From assembly GCA_944385535.1 (NCBI GenBank), contig CALWXR010000004.1, positions 1,140-65,139 of the forward strand: a stretch of DNA of 64,000 bases, given 5' to 3'. Shown piece by piece: positions 37,086 to 47,344 of this stretch. A program made the translations under genes and the position numbers. The DNA is from an uncultured Oscillospiraceae bacterium (GTDB taxonomy: Bacteria > Bacillota > Clostridia > Oscillospirales > Oscillospiraceae). The notes under the pieces were generated by a model. It was not told the origin of the DNA. It saw only the letters and a list, made by a program, of their open reading frames with translations, and did not search any database. How positions within the stretch are numbered: position 1 is the first letter of the stretch; every line of letters begins with the position of its first letter.

Positions 37086-38192
37086 ATGAAATACCTCTTT
37101 ATCAATTCCACAGCGGGCCGGGGCAGCACCGGGCGTCTGGCGGCGGAAAAATGCCGGGAGCTGATGGGGAAAGGCCATGAATGCCGCCTGGCCTACGGCC
37201 GGGAAAAGGTTGGCTGTGACCACATTCCCACCATCCAAATCGGCACTGCCTGGGACTATCGGCTCCACGCCGGTATGGCCCGGCTGCTGGATAACCAAGG
37301 GTTCTGCTCCAAGGCCGCTACCCGGCGGTTTCTGGAACAGGTGAAGCAGTATGACCCGGATGTGATCTGGCTGCACAACATCCACGGCTATTATTTGCAT
37401 ATGGGGCTGCTGTTTGCCTACCTGAAAACCTGCGGCAAGAAGATCTATTGGACCCTTCACGACTGCTGGAGCTTTACGGGGCACTGCGCCTACTTCGATT
37501 TCGCGGGCTGCGACCGGTGGAAAACCGGCTGCCATCACTGCCCCCAAAAGAACACCTACCCCAAAAGCCTGCTGCTGGACAGAAGCCGCCGGAACTTTGA
37601 AGCCAAACGGGAGATTTTTACCGGAGTGCCAAATCTGACGCTGATTACCCCCTCCCAATGGCTGGCGGATCTGGTGAAGGAAAGCTATCTCCGGGACTAT
37701 CCGATGGAGGTGGTATACAATACCATCGACCGGAATGTTTTCAAGCCTACGCCCGGGGACTTCCGGGAGAAGCATGGGCTGGAAAGCAAGCACTTGATCC
37801 TGGGCGTTGCCAGTGTGTGGGAGCCCCGGAAGGGACTGCGGGACTTTGTGGCCATTTCCCAATGCCTGGGAGACGACTACCGGATCGTGTTGGTAGGCTT
37901 GCCCCCGGAGCAGATCAAGCAGATGCCTGAAAATATTCTGGCTTTGCCCAGAACCAATTCTCCCCGGGAGTTGGCGGAAATCTACTCCGCCGCGGATGTG
38001 TTCGTCAATCCTACCTATGAAGAAAACTATCCCACGGTGAACCTGGAGGCCCGGGCCTGCGGTACGGCAGTGGTATGCTATGATACCGGGGGCAGCAAAG
38101 AGACGCTGGGGCAAGGGGACGCTTTGGTTCCCAAAGGGGATCTGGAAGCATTGACCCGACAGATCAAGCGGATATGTAAGGAGCGGTTATGA
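37086..38192 (+). CDS. GT4 glycosyltransferase (WcaC-like)
   Basis: GSTG, LHNIHGYY, WTLHDCWSFTGHC, NPTYEENYPTVNLEA. Confidence 0.87.
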   Translation: MKYLFINSTAGRGSTGRLAAEKCRELMGKGHECRLAYGREKVGCDHIPTIQIGTAWDYRLHAGMARLLDNQGFCSKAATRRFLEQVKQYDPDVIWLHNIHGYYLHMGLLFAYLKTCGKKIYWTLHDCWSFTGHCAYFDFAGCDRWKTGCHHCPQKNTYPKSLLLDRSRRNFEAKREIFTGVPNLTLITPSQWLADLVKESYLRDYPMEVVYNTIDRNVFKPTPGDFREKHGLESKHLILGVASVWEPRKGLRDFVAISQCLGDDYRIVLVGLPPEQIKQMPENILALPRTNSPRELAEIYSAADVFVNPTYEENYPTVNLEARACGTAVVCYDTGGSKETLGQGDALVPKGDLEALTRQIKRICKERL

Positions 38193-39430
38193 AGCAATAC
38201 AGCTTTCCGGATTCCAAACCATGGAAAATCGCCTTTGGCCTGTTCCTGACCGCCATGCTGTTTCTGGCCAGGGACAGCATGTTTACCATGGGGGTCATCG
38301 GCTTTTACAAGGCCCAGTTTTTGATGCTGGGCCTGATGGGCGGAGCCCTGGCGGTGTTCCTGGTCGTTCACCGCCGCCGGTGGAAGGAGATCCTGACAGA
38401 CCGGCGGATTGCTGTAGCGCTGATTATGACAGCTGTGATCCTGCTTCCTATGCTGGTGAAGCGGGACTGGCAGCTGATGTATTTCAGCGTGCTGCTCTGC
38501 CTGTATTTTGCCGTTTTCATGAGCTATTTTATTTCTCTGAAGGACCTGGCCAAGTACTACGTGGCGATTCTTACGGTCTTGGGAGCCTACTCTGTGCTGG
38601 CGGCCTATGTGCTGCGGCTGGGGGTGGACGGGGGATTGTACGCTGTCCCTGTGTTTTATAATGCCAACGATATCCGGTTTTACAACTTTTTCCTGTCCGT
38701 AGTACCGGATACTTATGTCAAGTACCGGAACTTTGGCATCTTCCGGGAGCCGGGGGTGTACCAGTTCTTTTTGATTACCGCATTGTATCTAAACAACTAT
38801 GCGGTCAGCTGGCACAGGCCCTGGAAGCTGTGGGTGGTGAACGGCATCCTGGCGCTGACCATGGTATCCACCTTTGCCACCGGCGGCATGGCGGAAATGG
38901 CCTTGCTGGCGGTTGTGGTGTTCTTTGATAAGAAGTACTACCGGGACAGGCGACTGCGAACCGCGGCCTTGATTCTGGCGGCGCTTGCAGTAGGCGTGCT
39001 GGCGGTTTCCGCCATCCTGGAAAACCAGCTGTATTTGCAGCTATATGATATGGTGATCGGGAAATTTCAGGGCGGTGAGTCGGGAACGGACCGGATTTTC
39101 TCCGTTCTTGTGAACCTTCAGACCTTTTTGAAAAATCCCCTTTTCGGTGAGGATTTGGCCACAGTGCTCCACGCCGGAGAAAACAACACTTCATCCACCC
39201 TGATCCTGCTTGCGGGCTTCGGCATTCTGGCAGGAGCGCTCCATGTGGCCGGATGGGTGGCGCTGGTGTGGAAGAAGGAGCAGGGGATTCTTACCAACCT
39301 GGCGCTGGCGGGGATCGTGTTTTTGTCATTCAATACCCAAAACCTGATTGCGGATGTGTTCTTCTGGCTGTTTCCTACCATGGCTTTGATGGAGCGGGGG
39401 GCATTCCCATTGGGAAAGAAAAGAGGATGA
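38189..39430 (+). CDS. wzy: Wzy polymerase / O-antigen-ligase-like membrane protein
   Basis: About 10-12 hydrophobic segments, RNFGIFREPG and SGTDR...NPLFG loop motifs, location inside the glycan locus. Confidence 0.7.
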   Translation: MKQYSFPDSKPWKIAFGLFLTAMLFLARDSMFTMGVIGFYKAQFLMLGLMGGALAVFLVVHRRRWKEILTDRRIAVALIMTAVILLPMLVKRDWQLMYFSVLLCLYFAVFMSYFISLKDLAKYYVAILTVLGAYSVLAAYVLRLGVDGGLYAVPVFYNANDIRFYNFFLSVVPDTYVKYRNFGIFREPGVYQFFLITALYLNNYAVSWHRPWKLWVVNGILALTMVSTFATGGMAEMALLAVVVFFDKKYYRDRRLRTAALILAALAVGVLAVSAILENQLYLQLYDMVIGKFQGGESGTDRIFSVLVNLQTFLKNPLFGEDLATVLHAGENNTSSTLILLAGFGILAGALHVAGWVALVWKKEQGILTNLALAGIVFLSFNTQNLIADVFFWLFPTMALMERGAFPLGKKRG

Positions 39431-39437
39431 GATATAT

Positions 39438-40259
39438 ATGGAAAAGGAATTGCTTAGAAAAGTACAGATGACCCAGCTGGAAATCGCCAAGGAACTGAAG
39501 CGGGTCTGCGACGAAAACAACATCCGCTATTTCTTGAACTGGGGAAGCTACCTGGGCGCTGTGCGGCATAAAGGCTTCATTCCCTGGGATGATGATATGG
39601 ACTTCGGCATGCTCCGGGAGGACTACGAGAAGTTCCGCCGCATTGTAACCCAGAAGCTGGACCCGGCGTACTGCTTTCAGGACTGGTACATCGATGAAAA
39701 CTATGCCCTGCCCTACGGAAAAATCCGAAAGCGCAACACGCTTTTTGTGGAGGCCAAGTCTCCACGGCTGGAAGAGAATGGTGTATATATCGATGTCTTT
39801 CCCATGGACTATGCCCCTCAGCCCCAAAAGGAGCGGAATGCCATGAACCAAAAGCTGCTGCATCTGTTTCGGCTTAAGCTGATGAAATGCGGCTACACCC
39901 CCTGGATGGAAGAGGATCGGGTGGTATGGAAGAAATGGATCGGCTATCTTTTTTACCGGTTTGCGGCTCTGTTCATCAGCCAAAGGGCCATACGGGACAA
40001 ATTTGACGGCTTGATCCAAAGCGTACCCAAAAGCGATGTTTTGTACGATCAGCAGGCTCGTTCCTACGGGGTTTATCTGGACGAAAAGTGGTATAGGGAT
40101 TTGGCGGAATATTCCTTTGAGGACACCACCTTTGTCGGAGGAAAAGAGTACGACGAAATTCTGACAAGAATGTATGGCGATTACATGCAGCCGCCACCGG
40201 AGAACCAGCGGGAAAACAGACACCAGATCATGGAACTGGATCTGGGGGAGGAGCCCTGA
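39438..40259 (+). CDS. LicD family phosphotransferase
   Basis: WGSYLGAVRHKGFIPWDDDMD, YIDVFPMD, LTRMYGDYMQPPP. Confidence 0.92.
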   Translation: MEKELLRKVQMTQLEIAKELKRVCDENNIRYFLNWGSYLGAVRHKGFIPWDDDMDFGMLREDYEKFRRIVTQKLDPAYCFQDWYIDENYALPYGKIRKRNTLFVEAKSPRLEENGVYIDVFPMDYAPQPQKERNAMNQKLLHLFRLKLMKCGYTPWMEEDRVVWKKWIGYLFYRFAALFISQRAIRDKFDGLIQSVPKSDVLYDQQARSYGVYLDEKWYRDLAEYSFEDTTFVGGKEYDEILTRMYGDYMQPPPENQRENRHQIMELDLGEEP

Positions 40260-40318
40260 ACAAACCGGAACCGCCAGGGGATGCGGTTTGGGAATGAACA
40301 AGGAAAGGATGACCTGAT

Positions 40319-41419
40319 TTGAAACGGGTGCTGTTTTTGACCAATTATCCCGCTCCTTACCGGGTAAGTTTTTTTGACGAGCTGGGGAAATCTGCGGATG
40401 TGACGGTATTGTATTCTGTCCGTACAGAGGATATGACCCACCGGGATCCCGATTGGTTCATTTCCGGAGAGGGCCGGTTTCGGTCGGTACAGCTGAAACC
40501 CTGGATTTCCAGGGGGAAGGATCCGCTGTGCCTGGATGTGCTGCATTGGCTCAGGAAGGACTATGACGCCATCGTGATCTGCGGCTATTCCGAGCCGACG
40601 GTGATGCTGGCAATGGCTTGGCTGCGGCTGCGCCGCATTCCTTTTTACATAGAAGTAGACGGGGGCCTGATCCGGCCGGACAGCAAACTGAAATACCGGT
40701 TTAAGCGTCTGCTTGTCAGCGGGGCCGACAGCTGGCTCAGCAGTGGCGATGAAACCAGCCGGTATCTGACCCATTACGGGGCCAAGCCGGAGAAGATATA
40801 CACCTATCCCTTCAGCTCCCTGTGGGAGAAAGACATCCTGCCCCGGCCGCCCGGCCGGGAGGAAAAGCTGGCTCTGCGCCGGGAGCTGGGCATGAGGGAA
40901 GAAAAGATCCTGCTCTATGTGGGCAGATTTTCCAAGCCCAAGGGAATGGATGATCTGCTGGAAGCGGCTTCGGAACTGGAGGAAAACGTGGGCGTCTATT
41001 TTATCGGCGGACAGCCGGAGCAGACCCATCTGGACTTTTGCCGGGAGCACAAGCTAGACCATGTCCACTTTGTGGGATTTCAGAAACGGGATCAGCTCCG
41101 CCGGTACTATCTGGCGGCGGACGCTCTGGCGCTGCCTACCTGGAGCGATGTATGGGGACTGGTCATCAACGAGGCCATGGCCTGCGCTCTGCCGGTGATC
41201 ACCACAGACCGGTGTGTGGCCGGACTGGAGCTGATCGAAAACGGAATCAACGGCTACGTGGTTCCGGTCCGGGACATCAAAGCCTTGGCAGAGAAGATCA
41301 ATCTTCTGCTGTCCGGCGATTATTCCGGGATGGGGGCGGCGGCGCTGGAAACCATTCGGCCTTACACCATTGAAAATATGGCCCGGCGGCATGTGGAGAT
41401 TTTTGCCCAGGAGGGTTGA
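40319..41419 (+). CDS. GT4 glycosyltransferase
   Basis: TNYPAPYR, LYVGRF, DVWGLVINEAMA. Confidence 0.88.
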   Translation: MKRVLFLTNYPAPYRVSFFDELGKSADVTVLYSVRTEDMTHRDPDWFISGEGRFRSVQLKPWISRGKDPLCLDVLHWLRKDYDAIVICGYSEPTVMLAMAWLRLRRIPFYIEVDGGLIRPDSKLKYRFKRLLVSGADSWLSSGDETSRYLTHYGAKPEKIYTYPFSSLWEKDILPRPPGREEKLALRRELGMREEKILLYVGRFSKPKGMDDLLEAASELEENVGVYFIGGQPEQTHLDFCREHKLDHVHFVGFQKRDQLRRYYLAADALALPTWSDVWGLVINEAMACALPVITTDRCVAGLELIENGINGYVVPVRDIKALAEKINLLLSGDYSGMGAAALETIRPYTIENMARRHVEIFAQEG

Positions 41420-41422
41420 ACG

Positions 41423-42412
41423 ATGAAAGACAGGGAAGCAAAGCCTTTGATCAGTGTGATTATCCCCGCCTACAATGCCGAGGCCACTTTCGCCCGGGCC
41501 TGCCGGTCGGTGCTGGCCCAAAGCTATCCCAATGTGGAGCTGGTGGCGGTAAACGACGGCTCCCGGGATTCCACCCCCCGGATCATGGAGGATCTGGCCG
41601 GGGAGCATAAAAACATAACCTGCATCCACCAGGAAAACGGGGGCGTGAGCCGGGCCAGAAACGCCGGTCTGGACGCCGCCTCCGGGGAGCTTGTCTGTTT
41701 TTTGGATGCGGATGATGAACTGGAGCCGGACGCGCTGACCGCCCTTTCCACCATCCTGGAGGAAACCGGCGCCGATCTGGTTGCCGGCTGCTGTCTGCGG
41801 GTAAGACCGGACGGAAGCAGCTTCGCAACCAGATACGATATTTCCGGCACCACATTATGGCATGGAATGGAGCCGCTGGAAAACGCCCTGAAGGATCACC
41901 CGGCGACCTACGCGGTGTGGGGAAAGCTATACCGCAAATCGGTAACGGAGGGCGTGCGGTTCGCGGAAGGGAAGCGGATCCATGAGGACAGCCTGTTCTT
42001 ATTTGAGCTGTTTCAGAAGCCGGTGAAGATGGCCCTGACCAATGATGTGGCCGTGCGCTACCATATGACCGAGAACAGCGCTTCCCGAGCCGGCTTTTCG
42101 GATAAATTCCTGGATATATTATACTGCGCCCAAAGAAAGCAGGCGCTCATTGAACAAAATCACCCTCAGTACCTGGATCTTGCCAAAAATGTTCAGGTGA
42201 AAGCCAGCCTTTCTCTGCTGAACAACATGCGAAAAGGCTATGATCCCAAATATGAAGCGGTGAAACGGGCGTGCATTGCCACCGTCCATAAAAACGCCAG
42301 GTACTTTGTTCCCGCCATTGGGTTGGACAGGGTGCTGTTTTGGATCGTCAGGCTCAGGCTGTATACGCCCCTTACCAGGGCGGAGAACATCATCAGACAC
42401 ATTCGGAAGTGA
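41423..42412 (+). CDS. GT2 glycosyltransferase
   Basis: SVIIPAYN, NDGSRD, GVSRARN, FLDADD. Confidence 0.9.
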   Translation: MKDREAKPLISVIIPAYNAEATFARACRSVLAQSYPNVELVAVNDGSRDSTPRIMEDLAGEHKNITCIHQENGGVSRARNAGLDAASGELVCFLDADDELEPDALTALSTILEETGADLVAGCCLRVRPDGSSFATRYDISGTTLWHGMEPLENALKDHPATYAVWGKLYRKSVTEGVRFAEGKRIHEDSLFLFELFQKPVKMALTNDVAVRYHMTENSASRAGFSDKFLDILYCAQRKQALIEQNHPQYLDLAKNVQVKASLSLLNNMRKGYDPKYEAVKRACIATVHKNARYFVPAIGLDRVLFWIVRLRLYTPLTRAENIIRHIRK

Positions 42413-42418
42413 ATCAAT

Positions 42419-43573
42419 ATGCACATTCTTTACGCGGTTTCCTCCTGCTCCAACCGGGTCTACCGGCAGCTGTTTACCCATGTGGAAAAGAAGCCGGCTT
42501 ATCATATTCAAAAGTATCACCGCCTGCTGATTGAGGGACTGGCCGTCCATGCCAAGGTGGACGTGATTGCCACGCCGCCGGTAAACCGGTCTGTGATGGA
42601 TCGGGCCTTTTTGGCGCTTCCGGAGGAAGAAGAGGGGGGCGCCCGGTATATCTACCTTCCGGTGACCCGGAACCGGCTGGGAAAGCTGGTGTCCATGGCG
42701 GTGGGCACCTTCTTCCAGGTGCTGTGCCGGGGGGATCGGGATACCGTGGTGGTGGTGGACTGCCTGAACCGGACGGTGGGCCTGTTTGCCGCCCTGGCCG
42801 CCCGCCTCCGGGGCAGAAAATGCGTGGGCATCGTCACCGATCTGCCGGATATGCTCCACAAAGAGGGCATGCCTACCAAGGTTTCCAACTTCATCATCCG
42901 CCGGTGCACCCACTACATCCTGCTGACCGAAGCCATGGCGGAGTATTTGAAGGTGGGGAACAAGCCCTATGTGGTGCTGGAAGGTCAGGCGGATATTCAA
43001 ATGGAGGAAAAAACGCCCTCTCTGGCAGGGAAAGCCCAGCCCCGGATCTGCATGTATGCCGGGTGCATCAGCAAGTTTTACGGCCTGGGAAATCTGATCG
43101 AAGGCTTCCAAAAGGCGAACCTGGAAAATGTCCGGCTGCATCTGTACGGCCCCTGCGATTTTGAAGAGGAGCTGAAGGAGATCGCCGCCCGGGATCCCCG
43201 GATTTACTACGGCGGGATGCTGCTGAATACAGAGGTGGTGGACAAGGAGATGGAGGCGAGCCTCTTGGTCAACCCCCGGCCCACCGGGGAGGAATATGTG
43301 AAATACTCCTTCCCATCCAAGACCATGGAGTACATGTCCACCGGCACCCCGGTGCTGACCACGGTTTTGCCGGGAATGCCCAGGGAGTATCACCCCCATG
43401 TGTACCTGCTGGAAGAGGAAAGCGCCGACGGGATCGCCAGGAAGCTGAAGCAGCTGTTCTCCCTGACCGATGAAGAGCTGTTTGAAAAGGGCCGGGAGGC
43501 CCGGGAATTCATTTTAAAGGAAAAGAACAACGTATCTCAAGCGAAGAAGATCGTAGCAATGCTGGAAAAGTAA
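42419..43573 (+). CDS. GT4 glycosyltransferase
   Basis: VTDLP, MYAG, YSFPSKTMEYMSTGTPV. Confidence 0.85.
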   Translation: MHILYAVSSCSNRVYRQLFTHVEKKPAYHIQKYHRLLIEGLAVHAKVDVIATPPVNRSVMDRAFLALPEEEEGGARYIYLPVTRNRLGKLVSMAVGTFFQVLCRGDRDTVVVVDCLNRTVGLFAALAARLRGRKCVGIVTDLPDMLHKEGMPTKVSNFIIRRCTHYILLTEAMAEYLKVGNKPYVVLEGQADIQMEEKTPSLAGKAQPRICMYAGCISKFYGLGNLIEGFQKANLENVRLHLYGPCDFEEELKEIAARDPRIYYGGMLLNTEVVDKEMEASLLVNPRPTGEEYVKYSFPSKTMEYMSTGTPVLTTVLPGMPREYHPHVYLLEEESADGIARKLKQLFSLTDEELFEKGREAREFILKEKNNVSQAKKIVAMLEK

Positions 43574-43585
43574 GGAAGTGAAGGG

Positions 43586-44812
43586 ATGAAGCTGTTGTGG
43601 TTGTGTAATATGATGCCCGGCGCCGTAAAGAATCAGGAAGGCGGCGGCCTTTGGATGGATGACGCTCTGGCCCGGCTGCGGCGGAGGGAGGATCTTTCCA
43701 TCCATATTCTCTTCCCCGGAAACGGGGAGCGGGGGTGCGTGGAGGAAGGATGCAGCTATGGTTCCTTCGTGGAGACGCTGCCATACCGATATTTTCCCCA
43801 ACTGGAAGAGACCTTTCAACGGGAGCTGAAGGCGTTCCAGCCGGATGTGATCCACATTTGGGGCGCGGAATACGGTCATACGCTGGCTATGATCAACGCC
43901 GCGGAAAGCCTGGGACTTCTCCAGCGGGTGGTGGTGAGTATCCAGGGCCTTTGCACGTTCATTGCCCGGCACTATACTGAGGGGATTCCGGAACGGGTGC
44001 AGCGTGGCGTCACCTTCCGGGATCTGATCCGCCGGGATAACATTGCCCAGCAGCGGAAGAAATTCGAAAAGCGGGGGGCGCTGGAAATTCAGGCCCTGAA
44101 AAAAGTGGAGCACGTCATTGGCCGTACCGATTGGGACAGGGCCTGCGTGGGGCAGATCAATCCAGAGGCGCGGTACCATTTTTGCAACGAGACTATGCGG
44201 CCTGCCTTTTATGAAAGCAGATGGCGCTACCATGAGTGTGTCAAGCACCGGATTTTCGCGTCCAGCTGCGTCTACCCGGTGAAGGGATTCCATTATCTTC
44301 TGGAAGCCTTTGCCCAGGTTCTGAAACAATATCCCGATGCAACCCTGGCGGTGCCGGGACGGAGTTTTCTGTCTGTGAACCGATTCCGCCGCAGCGGCTA
44401 CCAGAAATATCTGGCGGATCTGGCGGTCAGATTGGGGGCAGCGGACCGGATCCTCTTCCTGGGAGGACTGGGCCCAAAGGCTATGGCGGAGGCCTATTTG
44501 CAGGCAAACGTGTTTGTCCTGCCCTCCACTGTTGAAAATTCCCCCAATTCCCTGGCGGAGGCCATGCTGCTGGGGGTGCCCTGCGTGGCAAGCCATGTAG
44601 GCGGCGTCACAACCATGCTGAAGGACGGGGAAGAGGGCCTTGTATATCCGGCCTCCGCCCCCTATATGCTGGCGAGCTATGTAGAGCGGATCTTCGCCAT
44701 GGAGGAAAAGGCGGAAGCCCTGGGGGATGCGGCAGCCCGCCATGCCGCCAAAACCCATGATCCGGAAAAAAATTTACAAACCTTGGAAGAAATCTACAGC
44801 GCGCTGCTGTAG
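43586..44812 (+). CDS. GT4 glycosyltransferase
   Basis: HIWGAE, SIQG, ENSPNSLAEAMLLGVP. Confidence 0.87.
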   Translation: MKLLWLCNMMPGAVKNQEGGGLWMDDALARLRRREDLSIHILFPGNGERGCVEEGCSYGSFVETLPYRYFPQLEETFQRELKAFQPDVIHIWGAEYGHTLAMINAAESLGLLQRVVVSIQGLCTFIARHYTEGIPERVQRGVTFRDLIRRDNIAQQRKKFEKRGALEIQALKKVEHVIGRTDWDRACVGQINPEARYHFCNETMRPAFYESRWRYHECVKHRIFASSCVYPVKGFHYLLEAFAQVLKQYPDATLAVPGRSFLSVNRFRRSGYQKYLADLAVRLGAADRILFLGGLGPKAMAEAYLQANVFVLPSTVENSPNSLAEAMLLGVPCVASHVGGVTTMLKDGEEGLVYPASAPYMLASYVERIFAMEEKAEALGDAAARHAAKTHDPEKNLQTLEEIYSALL

Positions 44813-44832
44813 AATGGAAAGCGGGTGCTTTG

Positions 44833-45834
44833 ATGGAGTCCAATGTGCTGATCAGCGTCATTGTTCCGGTTTATAACGTAGAAGCGTATCTTGGCCGGTG
44901 TGTGGATTCGCTCCTGGCCCAGACCTATGAAAACCTGGAGATCATTTTGGTGGACGACGGGGCGAAGGACTGGTCCGGGAAGATCTGCGACGAATATGCC
45001 GCCAAAGATCCCCGGATTCGAGTGATTCACAAGGAAAACGGGGGCTTAAGCAGCGCCCGGAACGCGGGGCTGGACGTGGCCCGGGGAGAATACCTGGCCT
45101 TTGCGGACAGCGACGACTGGGTGGAGCCGGGAGCCTATGAAGCCATGCTGAAGCTGGCTCTGGAAAGGGATGTAAAGCTGGTTTGCGCCGGACGGTATGA
45201 CGTGGAAAGCGCCACCGGAGAAAAGCGGAAAGGACTGTGCCCTCCTGAGACAGAGGTGATCTCCGGTCAGGAGCTGGTTCACAGGATCTTTCTGTGGGAC
45301 AACGTGGATTCCGCCGCTTGGGACAAGCTGTACCATCGCAGCCTGTTCCGGCAGATTCGCTACCCTTTGGGCAAGATTGTGGAGGACGTGCCGGTGACCT
45401 ACCGGATTGCCCTGGACGCGGGGAAGGCTGCCATGCTGGATATGCCTGTTTACAACTACTTCCACCGCCCGGGCAGCATCACCGCCGCCCCGGTATCGGA
45501 GAAAACCTTCCACTTCTCCCAGCATACGGAGCAGATCTATAATCAAATCCGGCAAAGCTGCCCGGAACTGACGGAGGAAGCCCGGTATCTGCGGGTCCGC
45601 TCCCTGGTTCATAATCTCTGGTCGCTGGATATGGCGGGAAAAGAAGCCAAAGCGGTCTATGGGGATGAATACCGATCCTCCCGGAAAGCCTTGAGAAAAC
45701 ATATGGGTTTTCTCCTGACCAGCCGGTATTTAAAGAAGCAGGAACGGCTGACGGATATTCTGCTGGCGCTGGGGATCTACTGGCCGCTGCGCAGGCTGTA
45801 CCATACACTGAAATCATTGCGGAGCAAAGCATGA
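44833..45834 (+). CDS. GT2 glycosyltransferase
   Basis: SVIVPVYNVE, VDDG, GLSSARNAG, FADSDD, WDKLY. Confidence 0.9.
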   Translation: MESNVLISVIVPVYNVEAYLGRCVDSLLAQTYENLEIILVDDGAKDWSGKICDEYAAKDPRIRVIHKENGGLSSARNAGLDVARGEYLAFADSDDWVEPGAYEAMLKLALERDVKLVCAGRYDVESATGEKRKGLCPPETEVISGQELVHRIFLWDNVDSAAWDKLYHRSLFRQIRYPLGKIVEDVPVTYRIALDAGKAAMLDMPVYNYFHRPGSITAAPVSEKTFHFSQHTEQIYNQIRQSCPELTEEARYLRVRSLVHNLWSLDMAGKEAKAVYGDEYRSSRKALRKHMGFLLTSRYLKKQERLTDILLALGIYWPLRRLYHTLKSLRSKA

Positions 45835-47219
45835 AACGAAGAAATCGTGTCGTCTTTTTTAATATTCTCAGCACGGTGCTGCTCAGGGGCATCTCCATAT
45901 TCACAGCGCCTTTGTTCTCCAGACTTTTAGGAGACAGCGGCTACGGCGGATTGCAGATGTATAACATCTGGACCAGCGCGGCAGCCATCATCTTTCCCCT
46001 GCAAACCCAGGGAACCCTGGTCAATGCCCGGGTAGAGTATCCTGAGGAGGAACAGCAAAGGTATCAATCCTCGGTCATGACGCTGTCGGTGCTGTCCTTC
46101 CTGATCTGCGCGGCTGTGGTGCTGATCTTTATCAGGCCCGTCTCAGCGTTTTTTGAGATGGAGTATTTTCTGATCTATCTGATGCTTTTGCAGGCATTCG
46201 GCACCTTCTGCGTCAGCTTTTTGAGCACCAAATTCACCTATGAGTTCAAGGCCGGGCGGAACATGATGATCTCCCTGGGGATCACCATTTTTTCTCTGAT
46301 CCTGGCTCTGGTGCTGGTGCTGCGGCTTCCGAAAGAGATCAACTATTACGGCCGGGTGGTGGCCAACGCGTCCACCTACGCCCTGGTGGGTATTCCCGCC
46401 TGCGTTTACATTCTGGCAAAGGGAAAGTCCTTTGTAAACCGGAAATACTGGAAATTCTGCTTGCTGCTGGCCATTCCCACAGTGTTCTATAACCTGTCGG
46501 ATCTGATCCTGGGTCAGATCGACCGGGTGATGCTGCAAAAGATGCTCAGCGAGGCGGCGGTAGGCCAGTACTCCCTGGCGCTGAATTTCGGAGGCATCAT
46601 GTTCACCATTTTCGGCGCGCTGAACAACAGCTGGTGTCCCTTCTTTTTCGAGGATATGAAGCTTGGGAATGCCCGGGCCCTGAAGGAGCGCTCGGACAAT
46701 TACCTGGAGCTGTACACCGTGCTCTCCGTGGGCTTCATCCTGCTGACCGAAGAGGTCTATCACGTTTTCGCCAGCCAGGAATTCTGGACAGGCACCTCCC
46801 TGATCCCCATTTTTGTATCCAGCTATTACATCAACTTCCTTTGCACCTTCCCGGTGAATTACGAATACTACTATAAAAAGACCAAGGTGGTGGCGGTGAT
46901 TACCATTGCCTCCTCCTTGTCCAATATGGTGCTCAATTACATCCTGATCCAGCGCTTGGGCATAGGGGGCGCGGCTGTCGCCACCTTCTTTTCCCACTGC
47001 CTGCAGCTGCTGATGCACTATGTATACTGCCGGTACATTCTGAAAAAGGGAGATTATCCCTTCGGCCTGGGCCGCTGGCTGGGGTATGCGCTGGCTTACT
47101 TTGCCGTTGTGGCTCTGACCGGCCTGATACAGCTGCCTTGGCTGGTGCGCTGGGGCCTGGGCGCCCTGGTGGGGCTGTGGGAGCTTTGGCGGATCAAGAA
47201 GAGAAAAGTGCTGATTTAA
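45831..47219 (+). CDS. wzx: Wzx oligosaccharide flippase
   Basis: MOP-family pattern with about 12-14 TM segments, DRVMLQKM...VGQYSLA, GAAVAT. Confidence 0.85.
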   Translation: MKRRNRVVFFNILSTVLLRGISIFTAPLFSRLLGDSGYGGLQMYNIWTSAAAIIFPLQTQGTLVNARVEYPEEEQQRYQSSVMTLSVLSFLICAAVVLIFIRPVSAFFEMEYFLIYLMLLQAFGTFCVSFLSTKFTYEFKAGRNMMISLGITIFSLILALVLVLRLPKEINYYGRVVANASTYALVGIPACVYILAKGKSFVNRKYWKFCLLLAIPTVFYNLSDLILGQIDRVMLQKMLSEAAVGQYSLALNFGGIMFTIFGALNNSWCPFFFEDMKLGNARALKERSDNYLELYTVLSVGFILLTEEVYHVFASQEFWTGTSLIPIFVSSYYINFLCTFPVNYEYYYKKTKVVAVITIASSLSNMVLNYILIQRLGIGGAAVATFFSHCLQLLMHYVYCRYILKKGDYPFGLGRWLGYALAYFAVVALTGLIQLPWLVRWGLGALVGLWELWRIKKRKVLI

Positions 47220-47232
47220 CAGTTCTGGCTTT

Positions 47233-47261
47233 AAAACCTCCGACTTCGTGCCGGAGGTTTT
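47233..47261 (+). terminator. Hairpin terminator after wzx
   Basis: AAAACCTCCG-acttcgtgc-CGGAGGTTTT. Confidence 0.7.
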
Positions 47262-47283
47262 GCCTTTCCCGGGTGAATGTCGG

Positions 47284-47312
47284 TTGAAATTACAGGGAAA
47301 GTGGTGTATACT
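47284..47312 (+). promoter_or_regulatory. Sigma-A promoter for the second glycosyltransferase operon
   Basis: TTGAAA-17 nt-TATACT. Confidence 0.7.
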
Positions 47313-47344
47313 GAAAAGCAAAGAAAAACAGGTATTGGAGAGAA

